In this document: positions 16,626-25,857 of the stretch, in pieces
Layout: every line of letters begins with the position of its first letter
Position numbering within the stretch: position 1 is the first letter of the stretch
DNA from: a virus
Taxonomy: Duplodnaviria; Caudoviricetes
Length of the DNA: 64,000 nucleotides
Virus record (IMG/VR): IMGVR_UViG_3300037249_001368
Coordinates: 1 to 64,000 of that record
Strand: one strand, 5' to 3'
Made by a program: the position numbers and the translations under genes
The notes under the pieces: model-generated
The model's input: the letters and a program-made list of their open reading frames with translations, nothing else
What the model was told of the DNA's origin: nothing
Database searches by the model: none

Positions 16626-16972
16626 ACCCACCGGCAGGGCACATATTGGAACTGGTTGATGTCCAAGCACTTACGGAACATAACACACCGGTGCATATAA
16701 GTACTACAACCAAACACACCGGCAAAAAACTTTCATAAATCCCAATATAACATAATCCTTCACAATAGGCTTAATGAGCCAATACAGAGCGGAAATTTGC
16801 CGGTGTGTTAAGTTTCATATAAGGCATAAACCGGTGTGTTTGATGTATATAAGTGGAGGTACCGCATCAGAACCCGACACACCGGCATTTTTGCTTCTGA
16901 AACTTAAAACCAACACTACCCCCTTGCATTAGGTCTAATGGCTCAGGTAAACACATAAATTTGCCGGTGTGT
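16626..16972. repeat. CCGGTGKG repeat cluster 4 (7 sites)
   Basis: Cores at 16631, 16688, 16719, 16800, 16831, 16882, 16964. Confidence 0.9.
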
Positions 16973-16988
16973 AATTTATCTGATACAT

Positions 16989-17037
16989 AAAAATCACCCG
17001 TTTTCAGCCAAAAAGTACTGAAAACGGGCGATTTTTT
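16989..17037 (-). terminator. Bidirectional terminator ending the minus-strand block
   Basis: AAAAATCACCCGTTTTCAG...CTGAAAACGGGCGATTTTTT. Confidence 0.7.
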
Positions 17038-17090
17038 GTTTTCGGCGATTTTTCCGAGTTCTGAATCGAAGATTTTGAGCGATTTTGAAC

Positions 17091-17483
17091 TTAATCCTTA
17101 AACAAAGAATTTTCGTTATAATACTTCAGAAGTTCCATGACGACTTTTTCTAAGTTCACAAACATCTGAATAAGTTCGCAATAACTGTAGTCGCAAATTT
17201 CCTCCGAAAGTCTCTGAAAAACATAACTTCCAGTTGAAAGCGGGAAAATATCGGAAATGTTGGCGACCTCAAGTGTGTGGTAAGTGTAACATTCAAGGAA
17301 AATCCTTGCAATCCAATGATTGAGACTTTCTCCGCCGCTGTAGACTTCGGTCATAAGTCTTATTTTTGCGTTTTCCAAAGATTTATTGATTCTGTCGTGA
17401 TTCAGAACCCTTGGACATTCTTTGGTAGTCTCCAAAACACTTACTTTGCTGTCGGAGACTTGCTGTTCTGTGAATCCTTCCAT
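17091..17483 (-). CDS. Hypothetical protein
   Basis: 130-aa ORF in the minus-strand operon. Confidence 0.65.
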   Translation of the reverse strand: MEGFTEQQVSDSKVSVLETTKECPRVLNHDRINKSLENAKIRLMTEVYSGGESLNHWIARIFLECYTYHTLEVANISDIFPLSTGSYVFQRLSEEICDYSYCELIQMFVNLEKVVMELLKYYNENSLFKD

Positions 17484-17938
17484 TTTTCGTAAATTTGATA
17501 AGTGTATGTGACCATTTCATTGTTGAAAAAACTCGTAGCCTTGCTGTCATGGCATATTTTGAGAAACTTCTCAAAACTTTGGTCAATGATGGCACAGAAG
17601 TCTGTGTACACGATTTCAACATTCAAGATTTTCTGAATCATGTCCTTAATCATCGGCCATAAGTAACTGTTGTTTTCAGTGGACTCATCACAAATGTTCT
17701 CAAATCCATCTTCTGAGTCATTGTAATAATTCTCAGCGAGAAATTCAAGAACAGAATCTACGACGTATTGACAAATAACCCTACGGCGGAAATAATCCTG
17801 AATCGACTTGGTTTCCTCCAAGAATGGGTCAGTGATTGAATCTAAATCATTCATCAAGCAGGAAGGAATACCAGAACCTGCTGTCTCCTGTAAAACATCT
17901 TGGATGCTTTTTGCTAATAATTTGTTGTTGATTTTCAT
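17441..17938 (-). CDS. Hypothetical protein
   Basis: 165 aa; leader AAAAATACTCATT shared with 18404. Confidence 0.75.
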   Translation of the reverse strand: MKINNKLLAKSIQDVLQETAGSGIPSCLMNDLDSITDPFLEETKSIQDYFRRRVICQYVVDSVLEFLAENYYNDSEDGFENICDESTENNSYLWPMIKDMIQKILNVEIVYTDFCAIIDQSFEKFLKICHDSKATSFFNNEMVTYTYQIYEKWKDSQNSKSPTAK

Positions 17939-17963
17939 AATGAGTATTTTTTAAGGTTTATTT

Positions 17964-18404
17964 CTAAAAACTAGGGTCAATGTAATGTGTCCGATAACCT
18001 AAAACAAGATACACAGAGCCATTTTTGTCAGGTTGTCCGATTTCAACCCAATTACCTGATTTCCTACGCGAGAATGTTATTTCGGGCATATCAGACAACT
18101 CATCGAGAATCTTGTAAGAACCTTTGAAATAGTCAATACATTCTGTACAGTTTTCTCTCACAACTATTTTGTTAGGTGTTATCACCTCAGATACTGTTTT
18201 GGCCCGACGGTCGGAAAAGTAAATCGCAGTAGCAGGCATCCCTACTTCCGGCATCAAACGTTTGTACATTTCATGGAGCTTCTTTCGCATTTCATCTCGT
18301 TCCGCGATAGTCTTCCATTCTTGTTTAGAAGGGTCATCGTTGAATATTTTTTCTCTGTAGAGATTATATTCTTCTAAACTCAGATACTGTTTTGTTTCTT
18401 TCAT
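17964..18404 (-). CDS. Phage hypothetical protein
   Basis: 146 aa, ending LGYRTHYIDPSF. Confidence 0.8.
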   Translation of the reverse strand: MKETKQYLSLEEYNLYREKIFNDDPSKQEWKTIAERDEMRKKLHEMYKRLMPEVGMPATAIYFSDRRAKTVSEVITPNKIVVRENCTECIDYFKGSYKILDELSDMPEITFSRRKSGNWVEIGQPDKNGSVYLVLGYRTHYIDPSF

Positions 18405-18431
18405 AATGAGTATTTTTCAAGGTTTGATAAC

Positions 18432-18465
18432 ATAACAAACCAGCCCAAATCAAAGATTTAGGCTG
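18432..18465 (-). promoter_or_regulatory. Phage bipartite promoter
   Basis: Reverse CAGCCTAA-15 nt-TGGTTTGTTAT. Confidence 0.7.
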
Positions 18466-18494
18466 GTTTGAAAGTTTGGGGAGGTATGATAGGG

Positions 18495-18986
18495 TTATTC
18501 GTTCTCCGTCAGATACAAATCTTCTACGTATTTTTCTATTTCCTTTGCATCACCTGTTGCTATCAAAACAATAAGGTTCGGTATTTCTTGTGAAAAAGAA
18601 GATATACAATTTCTATACAGTTTGCCTGATGTCTTGATTTTTTCTTTTATGAATTTTTCACTGATAGTAGAATTTATCACATCATGCCTGTTAAGGTCCA
18701 TGCCATCATAAAGAAGTGAATCTCGTAAAAGTTTGATTCTGCTTGACATAGAATTGGCTTTTTTGATTCTCTTTTTGTTGGCACTTTTTAGATGTCCACT
18801 CAATTCTGATTTCCAGTGATTTTCCAGTCTTTGGTATTTTTGGTTGTTCTGTGCTATGTAAACAAGACACCAGTTTATTGTAATCTGTTCAAAATCGGCT
18901 CTCCATTTATCTTTGAGGTCTCCTCTTTCGTAGGCCATTTCATTCAACGGGACCATGCCATAATATTTTAATTGTTCTTTGTTCAT
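18495..18986 (-). CDS. Helical protein, possibly DUF29-like; paralog of 10749
   Basis: LNEM...NWCL...NHWKSEL. Confidence 0.75.
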   Translation of the reverse strand: MNKEQLKYYGMVPLNEMAYERGDLKDKWRADFEQITINWCLVYIAQNNQKYQRLENHWKSELSGHLKSANKKRIKKANSMSSRIKLLRDSLLYDGMDLNRHDVINSTISEKFIKEKIKTSGKLYRNCISSFSQEIPNLIVLIATGDAKEIEKYVEDLYLTENE

Positions 18987-19009
18987 AATAAATCTGTCTT
19001 TTGTCCTTA

Positions 19010-19050
19010 TTTATAACCATAAGAAAACCTAGCCTTAGGCAGACTAGGTT
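19010..19050 (-). promoter_or_regulatory. Phage bipartite promoter overlapping an intrinsic terminator
   Basis: Reverse CTGCCTAA-15 nt-TGGTTATAA. The upstream box sits in the loop of AACCTAGTCT/AGGCTAGGTT-TTCTT. Confidence 0.7.
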
Positions 19051-19106
19051 CCCTCACAACAAATTGTTTCAACTAAATCTCAATCATGAAAGCAAAAATC
19101 TCTCCC

Positions 19107-19574
19107 TTATTTATTAAGATGCTCATTACAAAAATCCATAGCCTCCTTCAGCATACGGATTAAAGCAGTTTCAGGTGTCTTTCGTACTTTGTCACGGATT
19201 TCCTCATTAGTCATAAGACCGTTGGTTCCGTATTGGGTGTTTAATGCAACTCTGATGGCTTCCCTGATTTTTTCTAGTTCCCATTTTTCGATAACAACTG
19301 AATCATCCCTATTTACTTTCGATAAATCAATGATTTGTGTTATTGCGAAGTTCTTGCCATATCTTTTATAGAAGTCCTTAAGCACAGATGACTTGTTTTG
19401 TTCGTGAGAAACAAAACTTCCGGCACCACCATTATTAGCAGCATAACATACAAGAAAACCAGCCTCAAGATTCTCGAACGAAAACTGGTTGTAATCACTG
19501 CGTTTAATCCCTAAATTCTCGCTCTGAAAATTGGGACAGTTATGGCAGCACATTAAATCCCCGGCATGGGACAA
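19107..19574 (-). CDS. Hypothetical protein
   Basis: 155 aa; C-terminus paralogous to 19596; start uncertain. Confidence 0.65.
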   Translation of the reverse strand: MSHAGDLMCCHNCPNFQSENLGIKRSDYNQFSFENLEAGFLVCYAANNGGAGSFVSHEQNKSSVLKDFYKRYGKNFAITQIIDLSKVNRDDSVVIEKWELEKIREAIRVALNTQYGTNGLMTNEEIRDKVRKTPETALIRMLKEAMDFCNEHLNK

Positions 19575-19595
19575 TTATCACAGGTGTAAACAGTA

Positions 19596-19826
19596 TCAGG
19601 CATGGCTAAATCCTTTCAATGAATTTTCGCAATGTTTCAGGCAGCCCTCGATGTTTTCAATTAGAACTGACTTCGGCGTGGTTTTAACTTTTTCATTAAT
19701 CTGTTCCTGAGTCATGGTTTTATCCACACCGTAAAGATGGAACCATAAATCATTTAATGTATCCCTCAGATGCTCAACATTTTTGAGAGGCATCTTACAG
19801 ATAGTGTCTTGTGGTGAATCAGTCAT
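19596..19826 (-). CDS. Hypothetical protein
   Basis: YGxxxxMTxExIxxKVxxTP shared with 19107. Confidence 0.7.
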   Translation of the reverse strand: MTDSPQDTICKMPLKNVEHLRDTLNDLWFHLYGVDKTMTQEQINEKVKTTPKSVLIENIEGCLKHCENSLKGFSHA

Positions 19827-19831
19827 GGTTT

Positions 19832-20026
19832 TTATGTTCTTTTATGATTATGTCCGAATTTGCAAACAGCACACTTTTTCAGATTTCTGTGGTTCTCGCC
19901 AATGAAGCAAAACTCCTTGTTCTTCTCTTTACGATACCATTTACAATCCTTTTCAGGAGTATAAATCTTAATATCATAAGGTCTGAGAAGTTTATTCTTC
20001 GGGGTTATTTTCTTCCAGATTATCAT
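19832..20026 (-). CDS. Small basic Cys-rich protein
   Basis: C...C...CxxC; coupled to the previous gene. Confidence 0.55.
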   Translation of the reverse strand: MIIWKKITPKNKLLRPYDIKIYTPEKDCKWYRKEKNKEFCFIGENHRNLKKCAVCKFGHNHKRT

Positions 20027-20235
20027 GTAAAATCTTTTCTACCTGTTTTTGAATAAAACTGGTTATTCTTTTTCCTTGAATTACCACCATTTTTGCTTTT
20101 TTTGGAATCAGAAAACAGAAAATACTGACTACCAGTAGCAGGGTACACTGCGTTGATAAGGTGTTTTTGTAGAGTTAAATCGACACCATCATGCTCAGTA
20201 ATCCCGAGATTCGGTAATGTTTCTAATTTATTCAT
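20023..20235 (-). CDS. Hypothetical protein
   Basis: ATGA overlaps on both sides. Confidence 0.6.
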   Translation of the reverse strand: MNKLETLPNLGITEHDGVDLTLQKHLINAVYPATGSQYFLFSDSKKSKNGGNSRKKNNQFYSKTGRKDFT

Positions 20236-20591
20236 ACAACTATAGTTCCTTCTTTGATAGCTTTGAAAATTTCCAACACTAATTCATAGAATGTGACAGA
20301 GCATTTATTTTTAGTGGTTGGGTGAATCGAAAAACTTCTACATAGTTCTTTAGATATGTTTGAAGCAACTGCTTCGGCAGAAAGCTTTTTCATATTTTCT
20401 ATATCAATTCTGCTTAGTTCCAGATGTGCTTCTTTTGGAGAACTCAGTGACTTATGGTATACTGATATTCTCAGAACACCAATACCGTCACGGTCAGATT
20501 TATCTGCTATGAAAATAAAATTATATCCCAGATAATCATCGAAAAACTGGTTCTCGCAAATCACATCAGTCTTCATCAGTATTTTCTCCAA
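20232..20591 (-). CDS. Hypothetical protein
   Basis: ~115-120 aa, directly after the topoisomerase gene. Confidence 0.65.
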   Translation of the reverse strand: MEKILMKTDVICENQFFDDYLGYNFIFIADKSDRDGIGVLRISVYHKSLSSPKEAHLELSRIDIENMKKLSAEAVASNISKELCRSFSIHPTTKNKCSVTFYELVLEIFKAIKEGTIVV

Positions 20592-22476
20592 TCAAGATTT
20601 CCTTCCTCAGTTCTGTGGATTTATCGAACCAAACGGAAAGCGACTCCGTATCAGTTTTATCATCCAAACGGAAATTCAGAAGTTTTTTGTTATTCAGCAA
20701 CTCATAATAATCGTTGTCACTGAGACCACCAAGTCCCTTCGTATAGGTTATGTCGTAACCCTTCAAGAGTGGTTCTGCGATTTCGTAATCAGAAATCTTG
20801 TAATAGTACTTGGTATCTTTACCCTTTTTCGCTATCACGATTGGGCTTAATGCTCTGTAGATTTTTCCTGCCTTGAAAAGTTCGGGAAAATGCTTCGCGA
20901 AAAATGCTATCAACAAACCACAAATATGATGCCCGTCAAAATCCATATCGGTGCAGAAAATGATTTTATCCACCGTGATATTTTTAAGATTTGATTTGGG
21001 GTCACCAAAGTTCAACTTCAATATAGCTAAGAGTTCCCTGAGTTCCTGATTCTCTAAGATTTGTTCTCCCTTAAGATTCATGGTGTTTTTGATTTTACCA
21101 CGAAGCAGGTACGCCATTTGATAAACATTCCTGTGTTTGCGGAAACCACCAGAAGCAGAATTTCCTTCAAAGATGAACAACTCATTTTTACTGGAATCAG
21201 TGATACCAGGAGCGATTAATTTTTTGATTTTCGTTGCTTTGATGGTGGAGTTCAGTTTACGAAGTTCCTTTTTCTTTGCTTCCTTGTACTTGACCTCGTA
21301 ATAATCTTTCAGAATCAAGAACAAAGTGGAATCTTTCAGAGAACTAAGAAACTTAGTATCAAAACTCAATTTACCATTGTCAATCTTAGACGTCAACCGA
21401 GTTTTTGCTTGGCTGTCGTATTGGGGGTTAATGATGGTGCAATTCACAAAAACACTGAAACGAGCCAAAATGTCTTTTTCAGTGATAAGTTCCATTTCAT
21501 TCTTTTGACAGATATTCAACATTGTTTGAACAATCTGTTTTTGGACATGTCTGATATGTGAGCCCTCTGAACACAGAGCACCATTGACAAAACCCATATC
21601 GGGAAGACCTGTTCCGTACAATAGGAATATGGTGTCTTTGCCTTTCTTGTATTCTGTGAATTGTTCCTCACTGAAATTATCGAGATACAGTCCAAGATAT
21701 TCTTTGAAGGAATCAAATTTCCATTTTGAGTTAAGAACTCCTTCAGAAACATCAGAAACAAACTCAATAACTAGTCCTGGATTTGATGCAGCCGTATCAA
21801 TACAGCGTTTTTGGAAAAGTCTGATAGAACCAACGGGAATCGATTCTTGGTCAAACCTTTCCAAATCAATCATAAAAGTGATTCTGGTATAATGGTCTTT
21901 TGTTTTCGTGATTGGGGAAATTTCGTAATCATGCATGTTATTTTTCCACACACATTTGAACCAATTTTTCCCATCGCAAGTTTCAACAGTAAATTCTTTA
22001 CTGAAGACATTTGCGATTTTTGCACCGAGGCCATTAGTACCAACTACCTCACGGTCCTTGGTATCATCGTAGTTGGATGAAGTCCTTAACATGCCAAAAA
22101 TCATGTACGGGATATATTGACCAACGGTTGGATGTTTCTGAACTGGGATACCACCATCATCATAAATTTCAACAAAACCATCCTGATTGATGTGGACTTT
22201 GATGGTGGTTATATCGAACAAACTGTCTTTATTTGCTTGTTTGGAACGACGATATTCATCAACAGAATTGCTGAAAACCTCGTCAACAAGTTTATGTAAC
22301 GCTTGGTTAAAAGGAATGTTATCAACAATTTTAAGTTTGTTCTGTGATGGATAGTATATCGGTGCGGTGATTAAATCGTTGGTTATTGAACCAACCCAAG
22401 TCCCAGGTCTATCCAAAATGTGTTGTATTTCGGATTTAATCTGATACTTGTTTGCTAAGTCTTGTGCTTGTGACAT
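20566..22476 (-). CDS. Type IIA DNA topoisomerase, ATPase + TOPRIM (B) subunit (T4 gp39/60-like)
   Basis: HILDRPGTWVGS; EVFSNSVDE; DDGGIP; GTNGLGAK; EGNSA; LRGK; TDMDFDGHHI; KGLG. Confidence 0.95.
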   Translation of the reverse strand: MSQAQDLANKYQIKSEIQHILDRPGTWVGSITNDLITAPIYYPSQNKLKIVDNIPFNQALHKLVDEVFSNSVDEYRRSKQANKDSLFDITTIKVHINQDGFVEIYDDGGIPVQKHPTVGQYIPYMIFGMLRTSSNYDDTKDREVVGTNGLGAKIANVFSKEFTVETCDGKNWFKCVWKNNMHDYEISPITKTKDHYTRITFMIDLERFDQESIPVGSIRLFQKRCIDTAASNPGLVIEFVSDVSEGVLNSKWKFDSFKEYLGLYLDNFSEEQFTEYKKGKDTIFLLYGTGLPDMGFVNGALCSEGSHIRHVQKQIVQTMLNICQKNEMELITEKDILARFSVFVNCTIINPQYDSQAKTRLTSKIDNGKLSFDTKFLSSLKDSTLFLILKDYYEVKYKEAKKKELRKLNSTIKATKIKKLIAPGITDSSKNELFIFEGNSASGGFRKHRNVYQMAYLLRGKIKNTMNLKGEQILENQELRELLAILKLNFGDPKSNLKNITVDKIIFCTDMDFDGHHICGLLIAFFAKHFPELFKAGKIYRALSPIVIAKKGKDTKYYYKISDYEIAEPLLKGYDITYTKGLGGLSDNDYYELLNNKKLLNFRLDDKTDTESLSVWFDKSTELRKEILIGENTDED

Positions 22477-22481
22477 ACTGC

Positions 22482-22808
22482 TTAATTTATCAAAAGGGGA
22501 TTATCGAAGATTTTTAATTTCTTCCCATATACGTAATCAATGAAACAGAATCTGTTTTGCATGACATTCTGTTTCAGTTGAGGATGAAAATCTTGAGTTG
22601 CTTTGGCAAACTCGGGGGAATAGTCTGAAAGGACACAAAAATGCCCTGTTCTGCACGGACGGTTCTCTTCAGCCGATTTTTGATTATCGACTCCGACAAA
22701 AATAACGGCATACTCCATCAGACCTAAGCATCTGTCGCAGACGTTATTATTGCTCTCGAAAACCTCCCCGCAGACAGGGCACTCCTTTCGATTATCTTTA
22801 TACGGCAT
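22482..22808 (-). CDS. Zn-ribbon protein, paralog of 23388
   Basis: CPVC...CDRC...VIFVG...RTG.F.V...CFIDY. Confidence 0.75.
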   Translation of the reverse strand: MPYKDNRKECPVCGEVFESNNNVCDRCLGLMEYAVIFVGVDNQKSAEENRPCRTGHFCVLSDYSPEFAKATQDFHPQLKQNVMQNRFCFIDYVYGKKLKIFDNPLLIN

Positions 22809-22838
22809 TTCTTTTACATAATGATTCCGCTTTATTTA

Positions 22839-23294
22839 TTAGGAAAGCAGGAAATAGAAGACGTCGCAGACCATATCCACATAGGTGGTCAGTTCCTCCT
22901 TCCATTCGGGGTCTGCCTCGTCGCAGTTCGGGTCGAAGGATAGAATCGGCTCAATGTCATCGGCGTTGCGGGTCTTGGCATACTTACCAATCATAGAATC
23001 CCAGTCGTCCTTGTAGTCGGAGGGTTTCTCAGCGGTTCTGATGAAAGTATCCAACTGACAAACACTGCCATAATTGGAATCATCATTAATCCAGTCGAGG
23101 ACTTCCAGACAGATGTCCATTTCGTCATTGAACAGGATTGCTACGGCGTTCTGACCGTCTTCAGTTTTCTGCATTTCCATCTCATACTCGAGCAGAAATT
23201 CGAGGTTATGCTTTTCAGCGTTTGCTACGATTTTTTGCTTGAACTCTTCTACAGAGGTGCAATCGCAGACAATTAAGATTTTTTCTGTTTTCAT
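22839..23294 (-). CDS. Acidic hypothetical protein
   Basis: 151 aa, downstream of the promoter at 23360. Confidence 0.8.
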   Translation of the reverse strand: MKTEKILIVCDCTSVEEFKQKIVANAEKHNLEFLLEYEMEMQKTEDGQNAVAILFNDEMDICLEVLDWINDDSNYGSVCQLDTFIRTAEKPSDYKDDWDSMIGKYAKTRNADDIEPILSFDPNCDEADPEWKEELTTYVDMVCDVFYFLLS

Positions 23295-23325
23295 TGCGTA
23301 TAATGATTTGAAGTTAAGTTTCTAA

Positions 23326-23360
23326 TAATACAAACCAAGCGCAAACAACGCTTTAGTCTG
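23326..23360 (-). promoter_or_regulatory. Phage bipartite promoter
   Basis: Reverse CAGACTAA-15 nt-TGGTTTGTAT. Confidence 0.7.
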
Positions 23361-23387
23361 ATTTTCAAGTTTTTATAAAGAAGCAAA

Positions 23388-23816
23388 TTAATCCTCAGCA
23401 TCAGGGTTTGTCGGCTCCTGCATTTCTTCAGGATGTCTGAAAACTCCCAACTTGTAACCAGTTCTGTAATCAATGAAACATACACGTTTTTCAAGAATTG
23501 CAGAGCGTTGAGGTTCATTGATTACATCGAAAACTCTCGAAGTGTCCTTAATGACACTGAAATCACCAGTTCTCCAAGGATTGTTTTTATCTTCGGTTTT
23601 GTCAGGGTCAGTACCCACGAAGATAACACCTTGCTTCATCCATTCCTGACACTGGTCACAGGGCTTGTCGAGGTAACCTATAACTTGACCATTCATTTTG
23701 CTTAGGTCGGTTTGAAGATTCTTTGCAATCAGGATTTCTCCATCGAATGTTTTTGCGCAAACTGGGCAAGCGCGCTTCGCGACTACCACAGGTTTCTTTT
23801 CTGTATTTGTGCTCAT
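23388..23816 (-). CDS. Zn-ribbon protein, paralog of 22482
   Basis: CPVC...CDQC...VIFVG...RTGDFSV...CFIDY. Confidence 0.8.
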   Translation of the reverse strand: MSTNTEKKPVVVAKRACPVCAKTFDGEILIAKNLQTDLSKMNGQVIGYLDKPCDQCQEWMKQGVIFVGTDPDKTEDKNNPWRTGDFSVIKDTSRVFDVINEPQRSAILEKRVCFIDYRTGYKLGVFRHPEEMQEPTNPDAED

Positions 23817-23830
23817 AATTAGAATTTTTG

Positions 23831-23863
23831 ATATAAACCAGGTTGAATAATGAATTTAGTCTG
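23831..23863 (-). promoter_or_regulatory. Phage bipartite promoter
   Basis: Reverse CAGACTAA-15 nt-TGGTTTATAT. Confidence 0.75.
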
Positions 23864-23870
23864 ATTGTCT

Positions 23871-25760
23871 TTATATTAAAATCACGGCATCAGGATTTCC
23901 TCTCTTATTCCATTCTTTCTCATGGTCCCTGATGGTAAGATTTCTGGTGTCGTACACGGCAAATTTGATTTCATTTTTACGAGCCTCCTTTTCCTTCTGA
24001 ATTTTGAAGTTCTTTTGTGCTTCAGAAAGGTCGTCCTTGAGGTTACGTAACTCCATTTCACAGACCCTGAGGAAGTGTTTGATGTACGGGTCGTTGTTTT
24101 TGATGAAGTATGAAACCGTGACATCAGACATAACCAAGTCATCATGACCATAGTTAGCAGAATAGGTTTCGTTTTTCTGACGACCGAAGTTGAGGTATTC
24201 CTCGATTGTCTGAGAATGAGTACTAACAAGCACACCGGCATTAACCAAGTTCGTGAACAGTTTGACAGCGATTTTCTTGTTATCCTCGTTCCAACGCAAC
24301 CCATACTCGTAATCTTCCTTGCTATTTCTGATGAATTTAGCGAATATGGTTTGTGATAGGTGTTTATACTTAGGCTCGTAATTGATAAGATTCTTGATTT
24401 TTTGGAAGAACTCACCACCAAATGTGTTATTTTCAACCACATACTTGATTTTCGACGGATTGAATAATAACAGAAAGTCTGCACACAGTTGGGCAAAGTC
24501 TTCAACAGAAATATCACAAGATTCAAACACAGCAACCTCGATATACTCAAGACGCTTGGTCTTGGTATTCCAATCCACCTTTTTGCACTTAATCGTGCTG
24601 TAGTCTTGTTCCAGACCTTCTGCGATATCAGAAGAAATAAGGAAATAATCATTCCTGAAATTATACTTAATGACATCCTGAGAAAGGAATTGAAATTCTT
24701 GATGAAGATACCCAGCAAAATTGTTGGAATTTGACCAGTTTCCTTCGTTGGTGACTTGTCGCTGTCGCAGCTCTCGTTGCATGAGTGTAGAGAACACGGA
24801 ACGAAGTCCGACATCGAAGGAACACTCGTAACCCATGAGCCAAGCATCCAAACCAGCATTTTCGATAGTTTCTTTCTTAAACTGTTCGTTGCTGACTTTT
24901 CTCGGAACATCAGTCCAATAGATTCTCGAAGGATAGAACGAGTTCTTATGATTGATGGCGTTAGTCCAAAGTTCATAGAATTTATTTCTACCGCGGGGAG
25001 TAGAAGTGATGATACAACGGGAATTGGGGTTGTTGGATAATGAAGGATAGATGTTTGCCCAGAACTTATCAACCAGATTATTACTGATATAAGCGAACTC
25101 GTCAATGTACAACAAGTCAAGTGAGAAACCCTGAACTACTGATTCAGATGCAATACCAATCTTAAGACGACACCCGTTATCAAGTACGATTTTATCAGCA
25201 GTAAATGAAACGAAACCTGGCTGCAGGAAGTAAGGCATTGATTGGAAGGCCTCCTTGATTTTACGCAGAATTTCTTCGATTACCGTGTCTGATTGGGCGA
25301 TAACCACACAGTCCTTTTCAACATTAAAAGTCAGGAAGTGACAAATCTCAATAATGGTTGTGGTTGTTTTACCTGACTGACGTGGGAAAAGAACGATATT
25401 CCAACGGTTATTTGTGTAACTGTCAATCAGTTTTTCCTGATAATCTCTGAGTTTAATTCGTTGCCAACCTTCGTCTGCGTCTTTCAAAGATATGAAATTA
25501 TTACCAAAGAACTTTTTATCAGACATACATTTTTTGGTAATAACGCGTTCTTCATCAGACATCTTAAACCCGATATTTCCCTTACGAAGTTTAGCATCCT
25601 TGATTCTTGTGTTGTAAGGATTTTCGATAAGTTTGTAACCGTTCTTCAGACCATTGTCAGCAAGCATAACTGACTCAGAAGTCCAAACTCTCTGATTACC
25701 CTTTTCGATTATTCGTGGGTCAAATATTTTCCCATTATTTTGCTGCTTAGTTGTAGCCAT
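23871..25760 (-). CDS. terL: Terminase large subunit (T4 gp17-like)
   Basis: LRDYQ; Walker A PRQSGKTT; Walker B YIDEFA; STPRG coupling motif; nuclease DIAEG...DYS and HDDLVM. Confidence 0.95.
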   Translation of the reverse strand: MATTKQQNNGKIFDPRIIEKGNQRVWTSESVMLADNGLKNGYKLIENPYNTRIKDAKLRKGNIGFKMSDEERVITKKCMSDKKFFGNNFISLKDADEGWQRIKLRDYQEKLIDSYTNNRWNIVLFPRQSGKTTTTIIEICHFLTFNVEKDCVVIAQSDTVIEEILRKIKEAFQSMPYFLQPGFVSFTADKIVLDNGCRLKIGIASESVVQGFSLDLLYIDEFAYISNNLVDKFWANIYPSLSNNPNSRCIITSTPRGRNKFYELWTNAINHKNSFYPSRIYWTDVPRKVSNEQFKKETIENAGLDAWLMGYECSFDVGLRSVFSTLMQRELRQRQVTNEGNWSNSNNFAGYLHQEFQFLSQDVIKYNFRNDYFLISSDIAEGLEQDYSTIKCKKVDWNTKTKRLEYIEVAVFESCDISVEDFAQLCADFLLLFNPSKIKYVVENNTFGGEFFQKIKNLINYEPKYKHLSQTIFAKFIRNSKEDYEYGLRWNEDNKKIAVKLFTNLVNAGVLVSTHSQTIEEYLNFGRQKNETYSANYGHDDLVMSDVTVSYFIKNNDPYIKHFLRVCEMELRNLKDDLSEAQKNFKIQKEKEARKNEIKFAVYDTRNLTIRDHEKEWNKRGNPDAVILI

Positions 25761-25807
25761 TATATTTTAAGTGAGTGCTTATAATTTAATGTGTTGATAT
25801 ATATTTT

Positions 25808-25837
25808 ATAGCACGAGCGTTTTAATGCAAGTGCTGT
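25808..25837 (+). promoter_or_regulatory. Conserved internal-loop hairpin (variant copy)
   Basis: ATAGCAC-GAG-CGTT-TT-AATG-CAA-GTGCTGT. Confidence 0.55.
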
Positions 25838-25857
25838 GTTAGCAAACATACAGTAAA

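Noticed and set aside
13325-16972. CRISPR array interpretation of the CCGGTG repeats
   Set aside because: The repeats are only ~9 bp, occur in both orientations and have mixed spacings (about 30, 57 and 82 bp). No cas genes are present in the window.
23882-25120. 412-aa ORF in the +1 frame inside the terminase gene
   Set aside because: Ser/Leu/Ile-rich with no motifs and a TTG start. Low use of NTA codons in terL can keep the +1 frame open. Treated as a shadow ORF unless ribosome profiling shows otherwise.
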